Origin: Nitrosopumilus sp. | Lineage (GTDB): Archaea; Thermoproteota; Nitrososphaeria; Nitrososphaerales; Nitrosopumilaceae | DNA length: 64,000 nucleotides | NCBI GenBank assembly: GCA_965223425.1 | Contig: OZ245003.1 | Coordinates: 1,760,001 to 1,824,000 of the forward strand | Reading direction: 5' to 3' | Position numbers and translations under genes: made by a program | The notes under the pieces: model-generated | What the model was told of the DNA's origin: nothing | Seen by the model: only the letters and a program-made list of their open reading frames with translations | Databases searched by the model: none | In this document: one piece after another, positions 9,851 to 20,145 of the stretch | Position numbering within the stretch: position 1 is the first letter of the stretch | Layout of the letters: every line of letters starts with the position of its first letter

Positions 9851-11886
9851 ATGGCAAGTACTGCGACAAATGCAGATACAAAGACGATTGCAATTGTGTT
9901 TAGTAATTTGATGACGGTGTTAAGTGCAGGTCCTGCAGTATCCTTGTATGGATCGCCAATAATATCACCTACTACTGCGACCTTGTGTACCTCGGAGCCT
10001 TTCTCGCCTTTCATCTCAACTAGTTTCTTTGCATTATCCCATGCGCCGCCAGTGTTTGCCAGATGGTATGCCAACAGGATTCCAGTGACAACTGAGCCCA
10101 TTAACAATCCTGCCACAGCAGTTGGGCCTAACAGTATTCCCAGAATTATTGGGGAAGTAATTGCTACAATTGCTGGCTTCCAAAGTTCTTTGATTGATGC
10201 GACAGTTGCAATATCCACACATTTAGCATAATCTGGCTTTGATTTTCCGGTAAGAATTTCAGGGTCTGATTTGAATTGTCGTCGGACTTCATCTACCATT
10301 TTTCCTGCGGCCCTAGACACGCCATTAATGAGTTGGCCTGTAATGATAAACGGAATCAGGCCACCGATCAACAAGCCAACAATAATGGCAGGGTTTGTCA
10401 AGCTGTAATCTAACTCTAAGATCCCTTCAAAAATATGAGATGCCTCAAATTGGAACGCCTGAATCATGGCCAAAGCAGCTAACGCAGCACTGGCAATTGC
10501 AAACCCCTTTGTAACTGCCTTGGTGGTATTTCCAACCGCATCAATTTCATCTGTGACTTTACGGTTTTCTTCTCCCATCCCAGTCATCTCTACAATACCG
10601 CCTGCATTATCTGCGATTGGGCCAAACGCATCAATGCTTAGAACAATTCCTGCAAGACTCAACATCGCCATTGCAGTTAATGATGTTCCAAAGATTCCAT
10701 AAAGAACCGGATCTGCGCCTTCAGGAGCTGCAGATGATGCAATTGTATAAGACAAGATGATTGCAACGACTAGTGCAATCATGAATGGTCCCGTTGACTG
10801 CATTCCTTTGATAATTCCCATCAGGATTAATGACGCATATCCCCATTTTGCCGAATCTGCGATTTCTTTGACAGGGCCTTTTTTGTAGCTTGTATAAGTG
10901 TCAGTGATTTTTTGGATAACAGGAACCAGTATTACGCCAATCACAGTAGAGCCAAACAAAGCGTATGCTGCTGTAGATTCACCAATGAATTGCGTGATAA
11001 AGACATAGTTTAGCCCAATTGCAATTGCAGCTGAAACGTAAAATGAGCGGTTAAGTGGCTTCATCACATCTGTAATGTTTTTGGAACCAACAATTACGAC
11101 ACCAATGATTGATGCAATCATTCCAGAAGAGCCAATTAAAATCGGATAAAGGAAAAAGTTTGGCGCTCCAATTAATGCCGCAATTAGCAGTGCTGCAAGT
11201 ATTGTAACAATGTAAGATTCGTAAACATCAGAGCCCATTCCGGCCGCATCGCCGACATTATCGCCTACGTTATCAGCAATTGTTGCAGGGTTTCGTGGAT
11301 CATCTTCAGGAATGTTTGCTTCAACTTTTCCTACCAAGTCTGCGCCCATATCTGCTGCCTTGGTAAAGATGCCGCCACCAATTCTAATGAATAGTGCAAT
11401 GAGACTTGCCCCAATACCAACACCTGCAATTGTGATTGGGTCTGGATAAACCAAGTACAATCCTGTAATTGCCAAGAGAGCCATTGCCGGAACCGCTAGA
11501 CCAACTGTAGCCCCTCCTCTAAAGGCCATGGCAAATGTTTGTCCCAATCCTTTGCTGCTCAGATTTGCAGCTCGAACTGCTGCTTTTACTGTAATTTTTA
11601 ATGAAATAATTCCTGCAACTGCTGAAAGCGCTGCACCTACTGCAAATGCCAATCCGTTTGACGGGGTTAGAAATGCGCCAATAATTACCGATAATGCTAT
11701 AGCGACAGGAACAATGATTTTCATTTCCCTTTTTAGAAATGCTCCGGCGCCTTCTTTGACAGCGTTGGAGATATCCATCATTTCTTTTGTTCCAGAAGGC
11801 TGTTTTGTGATCCATGCAACCAAACCGCCGGCAACTAAAAAGGATGCAATGCCTGCGCCAATTGGCAGAATTTCAGCAGTTTCCAT
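9847..11886 (-). CDS. hppA: Membrane ion-translocating pyrophosphatase (probably K+-independent, H+-pumping)
   Basis: GGGIFTKAADMGADLVGKVE, EDDPRN, DNVGDNVGD; Lys in the GNTTKA signature. Confidence 0.95.
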   Translation of the reverse strand: METAEILPIGAGIASFLVAGGLVAWITKQPSGTKEMMDISNAVKEGAGAFLKREMKIIVPVAIALSVIIGAFLTPSNGLAFAVGAALSAVAGIISLKITVKAAVRAANLSSKGLGQTFAMAFRGGATVGLAVPAMALLAITGLYLVYPDPITIAGVGIGASLIALFIRIGGGIFTKAADMGADLVGKVEANIPEDDPRNPATIADNVGDNVGDAAGMGSDVYESYIVTILAALLIAALIGAPNFFLYPILIGSSGMIASIIGVVIVGSKNITDVMKPLNRSFYVSAAIAIGLNYVFITQFIGESTAAYALFGSTVIGVILVPVIQKITDTYTSYKKGPVKEIADSAKWGYASLILMGIIKGMQSTGPFMIALVVAIILSYTIASSAAPEGADPVLYGIFGTSLTAMAMLSLAGIVLSIDAFGPIADNAGGIVEMTGMGEENRKVTDEIDAVGNTTKAVTKGFAIASAALAALAMIQAFQFEASHIFEGILELDYSLTNPAIIVGLLIGGLIPFIITGQLINGVSRAAGKMVDEVRRQFKSDPEILTGKSKPDYAKCVDIATVASIKELWKPAIVAITSPIILGILLGPTAVAGLLMGSVVTGILLAYHLANTGGAWDNAKKLVEMKGEKGSEVHKVAVVGDIIGDPYKDTAGPALNTVIKLLNTIAIVFVSAFVAVLAI

Positions 11887-11922
11887 GTTATACTTTGCTT
11901 GCCTAAATCTGGGAAATATAAA

Positions 11923-12300
11923 TCAATTAGGGAGGACTCGGTTTCGTTTCCTGTAAGGCGCAAATGTTTTTCCTCTCAGTCCCTGCCTTACCAACTTGTT
12001 GAATCTTTTACCATGGGCAAGATATGGGAATCTCATATGGATCAATTCGTGGACTATTGTGTTTTCAAGAGTCTTCTCATCAGGAATTTTTCGGATATTA
12101 AGAAAAACTAGATTATGCTGGAGGTAAGACACGCCATAATACTTGTAGGCAGATGTTCTGCACCCCTCTGTCATTTCACGGGGCATGTCAAGTACTTCTT
12201 TTGTAACAAACAAGATCTTGGGTTCTGAAATAGAAAATCTATTTGCATAAATTCCAACTTTCTCTAAGATTTGCAATTTAAGATCAGGATCAAGCTTCAC
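11923..12300 (-). CDS. Small zincin-like metalloprotease (HExxH)
   Basis: ENTIVHELIHMRFPYLAHGKRF. Confidence 0.7.
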   Translation of the reverse strand: MKLDPDLKLQILEKVGIYANRFSISEPKILFVTKEVLDMPREMTEGCRTSAYKYYGVSYLQHNLVFLNIRKIPDEKTLENTIVHELIHMRFPYLAHGKRFNKLVRQGLRGKTFAPYRKRNRVLPN

Positions 12301-12451
12301 AGGAGAGCATCACATAATCTGTGTTTATTTGGAAATGTCAATAGTTGTACGATATTTGGTTTATTTTGGTTCTTCAATTGTGAATTAATAGGGTCAGAGG
12401 TTTTAGTAGTGTAATCATTAATCATACAGCCACCGTCTCATCACACCCCAA

Positions 12452-12955
12452 CTATTCCATTAAATCAAGTAGTCTTTGTATTTTACTTTTGATGTCTGGA
12501 GTAATTTTGACTATGACTAACCCCTCGTTTGGTTGGCCATACAAAACTACAGCGTTATTTGGGGCATAAATACAAACGGGCAATACCAAAAGATCTTCCT
12601 CACCATGAACATTTAGCCGTACAGGAGGCTTCATGGCAAGAGCTTTTTTGATAAAATCAATGCTTTGAGGAGTGATTTCTGCTGCGGGGTTGTCTACAGT
12701 CAGTTCTGTAGCATTTGCTAATTTTGGCGGTTCTCTTTTTTCTCTTTTTTCTTGGCCATCAATTATTTGTAAAGAGGGAATCAGGTCAAATTCAATCATT
12801 TTTTCAGTTGTTCTGTCACCTACAGTAATGATGTAGGGGTTTTCTGAGAGATGTTTTTTGATATTTGTTTTATCAGCTTGGCTTTCAGGCAAGAGCGTCC
12901 CTAAAGGAATTTTCAGTTGATCTCTTATAGAATCCGGTAGTTTCACAGAAATCAT
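12452..12955 (-). CDS. GTP-dependent dephospho-CoA kinase (DUF359)
   Basis: TVGDRTT, IIDGQEKR, NPAAEIT, GEEDLL, YGQPNEG. Confidence 0.9.
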   Translation of the reverse strand: MISVKLPDSIRDQLKIPLGTLLPESQADKTNIKKHLSENPYIITVGDRTTEKMIEFDLIPSLQIIDGQEKREKREPPKLANATELTVDNPAAEITPQSIDFIKKALAMKPPVRLNVHGEEDLLVLPVCIYAPNNAVVLYGQPNEGLVIVKITPDIKSKIQRLLDLME

Positions 12956-14073
12956 TACTGGTTGGAAGTACTCGCCTCTGGTGCAGCTTCTTCACCAGAA
13001 CTTTCAGATTCCGTTTCTTGTTGCAGTTTTGCTGCAAGAATACTACATTGTGCTGCAATATTTTTTGCACTTGCTCTAAATGCATTAGCACTTGGGGAAT
13101 CAGGAGTTGTAATCATAATTGGTTTGCCTAAATCAGAACCAGACATAATTCCGGAATTTAACGGAATCTCACCTAAGAAAGGCATCTTGAAATCTTCACT
13201 AATTTTCTTTGCACCTCCATTACCAAATATGTAGTGTTTCTCATCACAGTTTGGACAGATAAAGTGACTCATGTTTTCAACAACTCCAATAATTGGGACA
13301 TTTAATTTTTCAAACATTCCAATTGCTTTGACTGCGACATTGCTTGCAACATCTTGCGGAGTTGTGACAACTAGAATGCCAGTAATTGGAATTGTTTGTG
13401 CCAACGTCAATGGGATATCACCGGTGCCAGGAGGAAGATCTACAATAAGATAATCCAAGTCAGACCAGTTAGTATCAACTAAAAATTGTTTTAAGATTCC
13501 AGAAATAATCGGACCGCGATAGATTGCCGCCTGGTGCGATTGTTCTGCAAAGAAACCAAACGATACAACCTGTAGTCCATTTGATTCTGCCGGTTGAAGT
13601 TTGTTATCTTCTACTTCCATGTATCCATCTTTCATTCCAAGCATCAGTGGAATGCTAGGACCATAGATATCAGCATCTAACAGCCCAACTTTGGCTCCTG
13701 TTTGTTGTAATGCCAAAGCTAAATTCAGTGAAACAGTTGATTTTCCCACTCCACCTTTTCCACTTGCAACGCCAATAATGTTTTTGACAGTTGCCATTCC
13801 AGTATCGGCATCAAGTGAGCGGCCTTCCATTACTTTTGCAGTTACATTCATATCAAAATTTTTTAAATCAGAGATTTCGCCAATAACTTTTCTGACATCA
13901 TCTTCAATTTCGACATTGAAAGGACATGCGGGGGTTGTTAATTCCAAAGTAAATTTCAGATTACCATCATTTAGTTCAAGGTCTTTTATCATGCCCATTG
14001 ATACTATGTCTTTTTTCAAATCAGGATCAATTACTGTACTGAGTTTTTCAAGAACTTGATCTATTCCAACCAT
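12955..14073 (-). CDS. mrp: Mrp/NBP35 Fe-S cluster carrier ATPase with N-terminal DUF59 domain
   Basis: DPDLKKDIV..., ASGKGGVGKS, DLPPGTGD, CPNC. Confidence 0.95.
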   Translation of the reverse strand: MVGIDQVLEKLSTVIDPDLKKDIVSMGMIKDLELNDGNLKFTLELTTPACPFNVEIEDDVRKVIGEISDLKNFDMNVTAKVMEGRSLDADTGMATVKNIIGVASGKGGVGKSTVSLNLALALQQTGAKVGLLDADIYGPSIPLMLGMKDGYMEVEDNKLQPAESNGLQVVSFGFFAEQSHQAAIYRGPIISGILKQFLVDTNWSDLDYLIVDLPPGTGDIPLTLAQTIPITGILVVTTPQDVASNVAVKAIGMFEKLNVPIIGVVENMSHFICPNCDEKHYIFGNGGAKKISEDFKMPFLGEIPLNSGIMSGSDLGKPIMITTPDSPSANAFRASAKNIAAQCSILAAKLQQETESESSGEEAAPEASTSNQ

Positions 14074-14306
14074 TGCGTCAAAAAGTCAGTTTACATTATT
14101 TAAACTAAGGATCTATTGTAGGAATACCCCCTGTTGGTTTTTGGTGTTTTTTTGGAAAAAATTATTAAAAATCAATACAAATTTTGATAATTTTTTTGAT
14201 CATAATTCACAAAAATCAAACAAGCTGAAAAAAACTTGAAGAAACTAAAATAGAAAAAAGGCAGGTAGTCAAACACTATCTACTGCATGTGGGTTAGATC
14301 TTAAAC

Positions 14307-15608
14307 CAGTAGTTGGGATTGTACCGTTCCAAAACAGCCCACAAATCACCCGGTAGGCGGTGGCCACCTGGCATACACATATTCTGCAAACACGCGGATC
14401 ATCCTGTTTAAAACACCGGCAAGTGTCACATGATATCTTTGTCTGCCCGCCGTGCGACGCAGGCCTATCCAGATGTTGTTTAGCACCAGTGACAAGACAA
14501 ACAAAAGCATCCGTACGGAGGGGTTCCTGCTGGCAGTGCGCGCGCGTACGCTCTTTGCAGACCTGTACCCCGTTTCAATTCCCCACCGTTTTTTGTACTG
14601 CTCTGGGATGTACTTGACAACGTCCCTTTCATTCTCGCATGGCAGCGACGTTGCAAATGCGCGATACCTGTCAAACATGGTGCCGTCTTTTTTCCTGGCG
14701 TCATCCCTGATCAGAACCAGGTTGAACGTGAACTTTTCGGAGCCTGATTTTATGGTGTACCTAGAGACATCGCCGCGCATTCCTTGGGCGTGCTGTACAA
14801 TGGCGCGCTTGATGCCGGCATTCTTTTTTGCCGGCATGATAAAATGCCTGTGAAGCGATCTGACAGTCTGCATCACGTCTGTTGCGTAAAACTCCCTGTC
14901 AAGAAGGTAAAGATTGATTCCAAGGTGCAGCTTGGAGCACTTTTTGATGGTTTTACGCACGAATTCGCCGTTGGATGTACCCCGGGTGACCGGACTGAAG
15001 CACAGGTTGGCCTCCTTGCCGCCCTGCACTATCTTGGATGTCATGTATGACTCACCTGTACGTTCCTGACTCGTATTTTGACTGTATGAGGTGTTTGAGG
15101 TCGGGGTTTTTGTCATGGTGCGGAATCTTGTGCTTGTCTATTGCAGCTACCGTTGTTTCGTTGCTGATGCGTCGCCTCATGCTGCGGCATGCCGTGTTGA
15201 CCGTATCATGCATCATCTGGTCGCAGAAGCGGTTCATCTTGCCCTGCTTTATGATGCGCAGCTTTTTGAGCAGCCAGCTGCCCGACGGCATGCGGATGCC
15301 GGGAGAGCCGAGATCGCGTGCGCCGTTGGCGTATCCGTTGTAGCTGGCCATGACCAGAAGCATGTGCGCTGCATCCCTGAGGCTGTACAGCGTGTTGTGT
15401 CTTGTGCCAAAGGCAAGGTTCAGGTGTTGCAGTGCGGACTGGAAGATTTTAAATCCCCTGATGTCTTGGTTCTGTTGGTGTGTTTGCCCATCTTTTTCGT
15501 ACATGTTAAGGTGGGTGAGCATGCCTTGTATTTGGATCTGGTTGATCGTGTTTTGTTCTCAAAATGATCAGTTTGGCCTATATCCAAAATGTACAATCCC
15601 AACTACTG
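14307..15608 (-). mobile_element. ISH3-type (IS4-like DDE) insertion sequence, 1302 bp
   Basis: Perfect 18-bp TIR CAGTAGTTGGGATTGTAC; 5-bp TSD TAAAC at 14302-14306 and 15609-15613. Confidence 0.9.
14346..15522 (-). pseudogene. ISH3-type transposase, frameshifted near 15055
   Basis: AIDKHKIP in ORF 15052-15522; LLDREFY and YKKRWGIETGYR in ORF 14346-15116; no slippery site at the junction. Confidence 0.85.
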
Positions 15609-16081
15609 TAAACGATGGCAGGGTGTACATTCTTTGGATTATGCCTGATCAATCTTTCAAGTGCCTGAGAAGCCGCGTATTTGTTTGTATCAATATAAAT
15701 GCCCGCATGGGAATGGTTTTTGGGTTTTGGTCTATGTTTGATTTGTGGCATATGCGTCACCTCACTTACAGCGGTCTTGATATCTCCGACACCAAGAACT
15801 GCAAACATACCTCTCTTTCTAATCTCATAGCCAGTACCGGGAAATAATTCCCGAAGCTGATCTACAGCTTCAGACACATTTGACTGGACAAGAAATTCTA
15901 ACCAATTGACCGATAGAAATTCTTCTCCCTTGCGAAATCTAAATGCTGTAATTGTAGGCATATTATATTCATTAATGGTTCCAGGACTACAATATCGTGC
16001 CACGTTGTCTTTGTCGGGAATGTCTTTGTCGGGAATGTCTTTGTCGGGAATGTCTTTGTCGGGAATGTCTTTGCCGATCAC
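15578..16081 (-). CDS. Hypothetical protein, possible ART/RES-like toxin fold; N-terminal DKDIP repeats; C-terminus extended into the IS
   Basis: VARYC...AFRFR...LSVNW...HSHAGI; the original stop (GTT TAA) was split by the ISH3 insertion. Confidence 0.6.
   Translation of the reverse strand: MIGKDIPDKDIPDKDIPDKDIPDKDNVARYCSPGTINEYNMPTITAFRFRKGEEFLSVNWLEFLVQSNVSEAVDQLRELFPGTGYEIRKRGMFAVLGVGDIKTAVSEVTHMPQIKHRPKPKNHSHAGIYIDTNKYAASQALERLIRHNPKNVHPAIVYSSWDCTFWI
16006..16073. repeat. 15-bp in-frame tandem repeat, about 4.5 copies
   Basis: tgtctttgtcgggaa units encoding (D-K-D-I-P)n. Confidence 0.95.
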
Positions 16082-16740
16082 TTGAGCATCAGCACATCCA
16101 TAAACGGTTTAACAATTCGCATTACTTCATTCATATCTTGGACACCGTTGGTAAATTTTGGGGATGCGTCTGATGATTGAATCAGAATCGAAAACATGAT
16201 GTCACCAGAGGACAGAAATTCCACGGATAGATCCCCATATTCCTCTATGAACCATTCTGCATTTATGAATCCATCAGGACTGACGGTGATTTGTGGGCGG
16301 GGCAGTTTAGGATTGTCCATAACAAAGTGGGCAAAGTTACTCAAAGACTCAAGGTCAATGGATTTTTCATACTGTGAATCTATTGGAAGTTTACGCAGAT
16401 AGTCCAGACGCTCAGCGATTAAATTCAAGCCACAATCTCGAATTTTGGTAATGACGTCATGCTCCGACATGATGAGATGCAGTATATCCATGCGCCACGT
16501 TTCCGGTAACAATTGCCAAAATGCATGTTCTTCCCGATGTATTGTTGATGGTGGAATATTGAGTGCCATATTCATGTCGGCATCATCTTTCGCCAGCGTG
16601 TTTGCTACTTGATCATTGGGTATCCTCCACATGAATTTACTTTCTCTCATGTCTTCTGAAATTTGATATACATTACCAGAAACTCCCTGTATCAATTGCT
16701 TATTTGATTGGGCATGTGGGGTCATTCCAATTCGATCCAT
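16078..16740 (-). CDS. Hypothetical protein, translationally coupled to 15578-16081
   Basis: 220-aa ORF with a 4-bp overlap; PRPQITVSPDGFINAEW...LSVEF C-terminal domain. Confidence 0.7.
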   Translation of the reverse strand: MDRIGMTPHAQSNKQLIQGVSGNVYQISEDMRESKFMWRIPNDQVANTLAKDDADMNMALNIPPSTIHREEHAFWQLLPETWRMDILHLIMSEHDVITKIRDCGLNLIAERLDYLRKLPIDSQYEKSIDLESLSNFAHFVMDNPKLPRPQITVSPDGFINAEWFIEEYGDLSVEFLSSGDIMFSILIQSSDASPKFTNGVQDMNEVMRIVKPFMDVLMLK

Positions 16741-16818
16741 ACACTGTTTACAACATCCAGTAATTATGTGATCTAATCGGAGATTGATTAGCCAGAATCA
16801 CACAGTTAAGGCCAATGA

Positions 16819-17259
16819 TCATGGTAAGGTACTTTTCATTAGAAGGGATATGCGATGGCCTACAAGATCTCTGATTTCAAGGATCCTTGCATAGCTGTTA
16901 AGTATAGAAATGTCTGATGGTTTTTTAGGCAGATATATAGTCAATGAAAAACCAAAAAATTTTTCTTTAGGGTTTGTAATTATACGATGTCTGATATTCC
17001 TGCTAGTTAGCAGATTTCTCAGTTCGTATTCTATACTACTTTGATATTTCTCATCCATATTCAAAAATTCCTCTACAATACTGTCACTGAATTTGTTTGT
17101 GTACTGCACTTCTATAATCTGGGTATTCTTGCGTATTAGAAAGATAACATTAGTCTTTTTAACGGCTGCCGCAAATTCGTATCCTGGTGGAGGAGTATTA
17201 AGAACCATACCTTCAAGTTCCGATTGCTTAAGCCAATCGGGCATACTAGCTTCGGTCAA
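16819..17259 (-). CDS. Hypothetical protein (DUF2299-like)
   Basis: 146-aa ORF; WLKQ..., alternating strand/helix pattern recalled from archaeal DUF2299 proteins. Confidence 0.45.
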   Translation of the reverse strand: MTEASMPDWLKQSELEGMVLNTPPPGYEFAAAVKKTNVIFLIRKNTQIIEVQYTNKFSDSIVEEFLNMDEKYQSSIEYELRNLLTSRNIRHRIITNPKEKFFGFSLTIYLPKKPSDISILNSYARILEIRDLVGHRISLLMKSTLP

Positions 17260-17311
17260 TTGCTAATCATGCGATATGTACACTATTAAGACTTTGGGCA
17301 TATTTCAGTTA

Positions 17312-18397
17312 TAGCGAAAAGATAAAGTTCGTGAACTAAATTATTCCAAAACAAAAGACTTTTTGATCATATTGTATGGTAAAACTCAATGAACAAACCA
17401 GAAGCACTTGACGCAGCATACAAAAAAGAAAATTCCAAGGCTACAGTAAGAATGCTTGCAGTGTTGATGATTCTAAAGGATGGGAAGGACATACAATACA
17501 CTGCAAAAACATTGCACCACTGCAAAAACCTGGTGAGAAGATGGGTGAGTCGTTTTGAGGAACACGGTCTTGATGGCCTCTACGACCTTCCAAGAGGCGG
17601 CAGACCAAAAACAATCTCAAAGAAAAGAATGGATTGTATCATGTCAAAAGCAATGCTAACTTTGTTCACTCCTGTAATGTTGCAGCAAAGTATCTTTTAT
17701 TCCACAGGAATAAAATTTCACATAGCCCACATCAGAAAAATAATGCATCAGTATGGCATGTCTGCAAAAACTGCACAAGGATACCACATCAATCATGCAA
17801 GTGTATCTGCTGTGAAAAGTTGGCAGCAACGCATCAAAAAGAGAGTTTCACTCCTAAAAGAAGACGGATTTGTCATTGGAGTGGAAGATGAGGCATTTTT
17901 TGTACGGGAACCCAAGACAGGAAAAAAATACTGGTCATTAATTGCCAAGAGAATATTTCTTCCACATGTGGGAGGACATCAAAATCTGGCAGTATATGGA
18001 ACAGTTACAGAAAATGGCAGTCAACTGTTTAGAGTTTATGATAAATTGATGCTGTAACATTTGTAGAGTATCTAAGAGTTACATTGGAAATATGGCAAGA
18101 TTGCAATCATGCTGGACAGAACATCAGTTCACAAATCAAAGAAAGTTAAGGGATATCTTACAGATAACAGTGATGTCAAACTAATCTGGTTGCCAAAGGG
18201 ATCGTCTTATCCAAACATGATAGAGCAGTGCTGGAAGACAAGCAAGTATGCATTGTTAGTATCAGAATATTATACAATGTTTGCAATAATGAACAAAGCA
18301 GTCTCTGAATATTTTAGAGTGACAAAGTTCAAGCTTGATGTTGCAAATCATATTTTTAGAAATCCTGCAAATGTTCACGAACTTTTGATCGTCGCTA
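17312..18397 (+). mobile_element. IS630-family element, degenerate
   Basis: TIR TAGCGAnnnnnnAAAGTTCGTGAAC at both ends, flanked by TA (17310-11, 18398-99). Confidence 0.85.
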
Positions 18398-18450
18398 TAA
18401 AACAGCTCCGACGTGCTACTTTTTGCGTCTTGCCTTTCTGTATTTTTTGA
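17389..18450 (+). pseudogene. IS630-family transposase, split
   Basis: HTH (RRWVSRFEEHGLDGLYDLPRGGRP), VEDEA, MLDRTSVHKS, LPKGSSYPNMIE; frame broken near 18050. Confidence 0.85.
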
Positions 18451-18688
18451 CCTCGCCTACAATCTCCTTGTCTGAGACTTTCAGCTTCTTTGAGGCCATC
18501 TTCTTGAATATGCTATCCCACTTCTTCTTCACATCAGGAACACGAAGCGTTTTCATCACTATGATGTCCCCTTTGCGCATCACGACAAATCTTGTCTTTG
18601 TCTTCAGCCCCATCTCCTTTCTGAAGAGTTGAGGTATCACTACCTGGCCTTTCTCGCTCATGGTTGTTATTTCAAGTTCTTGTGACAT
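18416..18688 (-). CDS. AbrB/MazE/SpoVT-family antitoxin-like DNA-binding protein (orphan)
   Basis: TTMSEKGQVVIPQLFRKEMGL. Confidence 0.85.
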   Translation of the reverse strand: MSQELEITTMSEKGQVVIPQLFRKEMGLKTKTRFVVMRKGDIIVMKTLRVPDVKKKWDSIFKKMASKKLKVSDKEIVGEVKKYRKARRKK

Positions 18689-18892
18689 CTTTCTTACCTG
18701 TAGTAATATTTTACTTTCTTACCTTATATAGTTCAGTATGATGTCAGTTAAGCGAAATGAACACAACAGCACTGGGGGAACTTTGCAATGCCCAGAATAT
18801 CATTGGAAGGTGCTGATGGTTTTAACAACTGGTAGCCCCTAGCGACAACCTGTTCCTTGCCAAAAAGATTGTCGGTGGTTTTAATCAAAAAA

Positions 18893-20047
18893 TTAAAAGA
18901 AATCAGACAAAGTTTTCTGCCTCATTAATTTTGAGATATTTCCATGGGAGAGCCATTCAGATTTACTTACGCTCATCTTACTTGATGCCAGAATTAGTGC
19001 GTCTTCAAAATTCTCAGTTATTGCGGGATTTTGCTTCATAGCCTCACGAATTCCTTCACGAACCTGCCATACGCCTACAGGAATGGAATACTCGGGCCGA
19101 ATTTCTCTAAGAATCACAACTCCTGCTTGAATTTTTTGTTTTGATAGATACTCAGTAACTCCCAACCTAGCTGCAAAATAAGCACCAGCTATTGCAGGAG
19201 GGTGATTAATGCCACGCGCATCTTCAAAATCAGATCCAAATCCAAGTATTCCATTAGAATACCAAGATTCAATCATCTCATATATCCATCTATGTGGGAA
19301 TAAAATAACAGAGAAAGCATTTCCTAAATGCTCATATGAAAAGACTTGACATGAGTCAATCAAATCATAATCTAAAATTTCATCTGTAAGAGACTTGGAA
19401 ACAATGTCATCAGTGGCAGCAATACTCCAACGTGTTGGAACTAATTTTCTTTTTTGTCCCAGCATTCCAATACTGAAACATTTTTGAATTTTGGAAATTT
19501 CAATTCCGGAATTATACAAGTTTAAAACCGCGTCTTGAGCTTTTAGATCCTTATCGTAGAATGCTTTTTCAATTGATTTTACAGAATGTGTATCAGAAAA
19601 TTTTGCAGATTTAACCTGACCAATTGGGCCAAAAGGGGCACTCTCCCCATCAAGAGATATGGAAGAAGGGGCTTTTTCAAATATCAAATCAGAGTCAGTA
19701 GGTTTTGAAGACATTGTGACTTCCTGAAGATTTTCAATATAGCGCCCATCGGTTTGAGAAATAGGAATTTTTTGTATGCCGCGAACTAAATTCAATCTAA
19801 AATTTACAATTTCCTCAAGCGACCTTCCTTTCCATTTTTCAGGATTGTCAAGAAGACTGGTGTCGCCATGAATTGGCGGAACCATTGGGCCAACAAAGAC
19901 TTTAGGATAATTGTAAGATCCTACAAAAACAGATGGGGGACTGGTGCCACTTATTGAATCAGAAGAAAATAGATTTCCATATTTTGATAAAGACTCGTGC
20001 CATTTTGCCAAAATTGAACGTCGGATGTCTTGAGAGTCAGATGACAT
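18893..20047 (-). CDS. nreA: Nre family DNA repair protein
   Basis: SPPSVFVGSYNYPKV, RKLVPTRWSIAATD, PVGVWQVRE, C-terminal PIP box QKTLSDFF. Confidence 0.92.
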   Translation of the reverse strand: MSSDSQDIRRSILAKWHESLSKYGNLFSSDSISGTSPPSVFVGSYNYPKVFVGPMVPPIHGDTSLLDNPEKWKGRSLEEIVNFRLNLVRGIQKIPISQTDGRYIENLQEVTMSSKPTDSDLIFEKAPSSISLDGESAPFGPIGQVKSAKFSDTHSVKSIEKAFYDKDLKAQDAVLNLYNSGIEISKIQKCFSIGMLGQKRKLVPTRWSIAATDDIVSKSLTDEILDYDLIDSCQVFSYEHLGNAFSVILFPHRWIYEMIESWYSNGILGFGSDFEDARGINHPPAIAGAYFAARLGVTEYLSKQKIQAGVVILREIRPEYSIPVGVWQVREGIREAMKQNPAITENFEDALILASSKMSVSKSEWLSHGNISKLMRQKTLSDFF

Positions 20048-20145
20048 AATTTTTGTGCCTAAATTATGCCTATTAACTTGCCTAATCAAAGATTTTGATG
20101 GTTAGTCAACGTAGGGTGTTTAAAGATCAAAAACTAACAAATCAC

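Noticed and set aside
15040-15120. Programmed frameshift in the ISH3 transposase
   Set aside because: No slippery run at the junction, and the related element at 27274 is a single ORF; more likely a mutation
14360-15847. Long antisense ORFs over transposases (also at 27373-28267, 38640-39955, 41555-42448)
   Set aside because: Shadow ORFs expected in GC-rich IS DNA; no recognisable motifs
16006-16073. Short repeats as a CRISPR array
   Set aside because: Head-to-tail tandem repeats without spacers, in frame within a CDS
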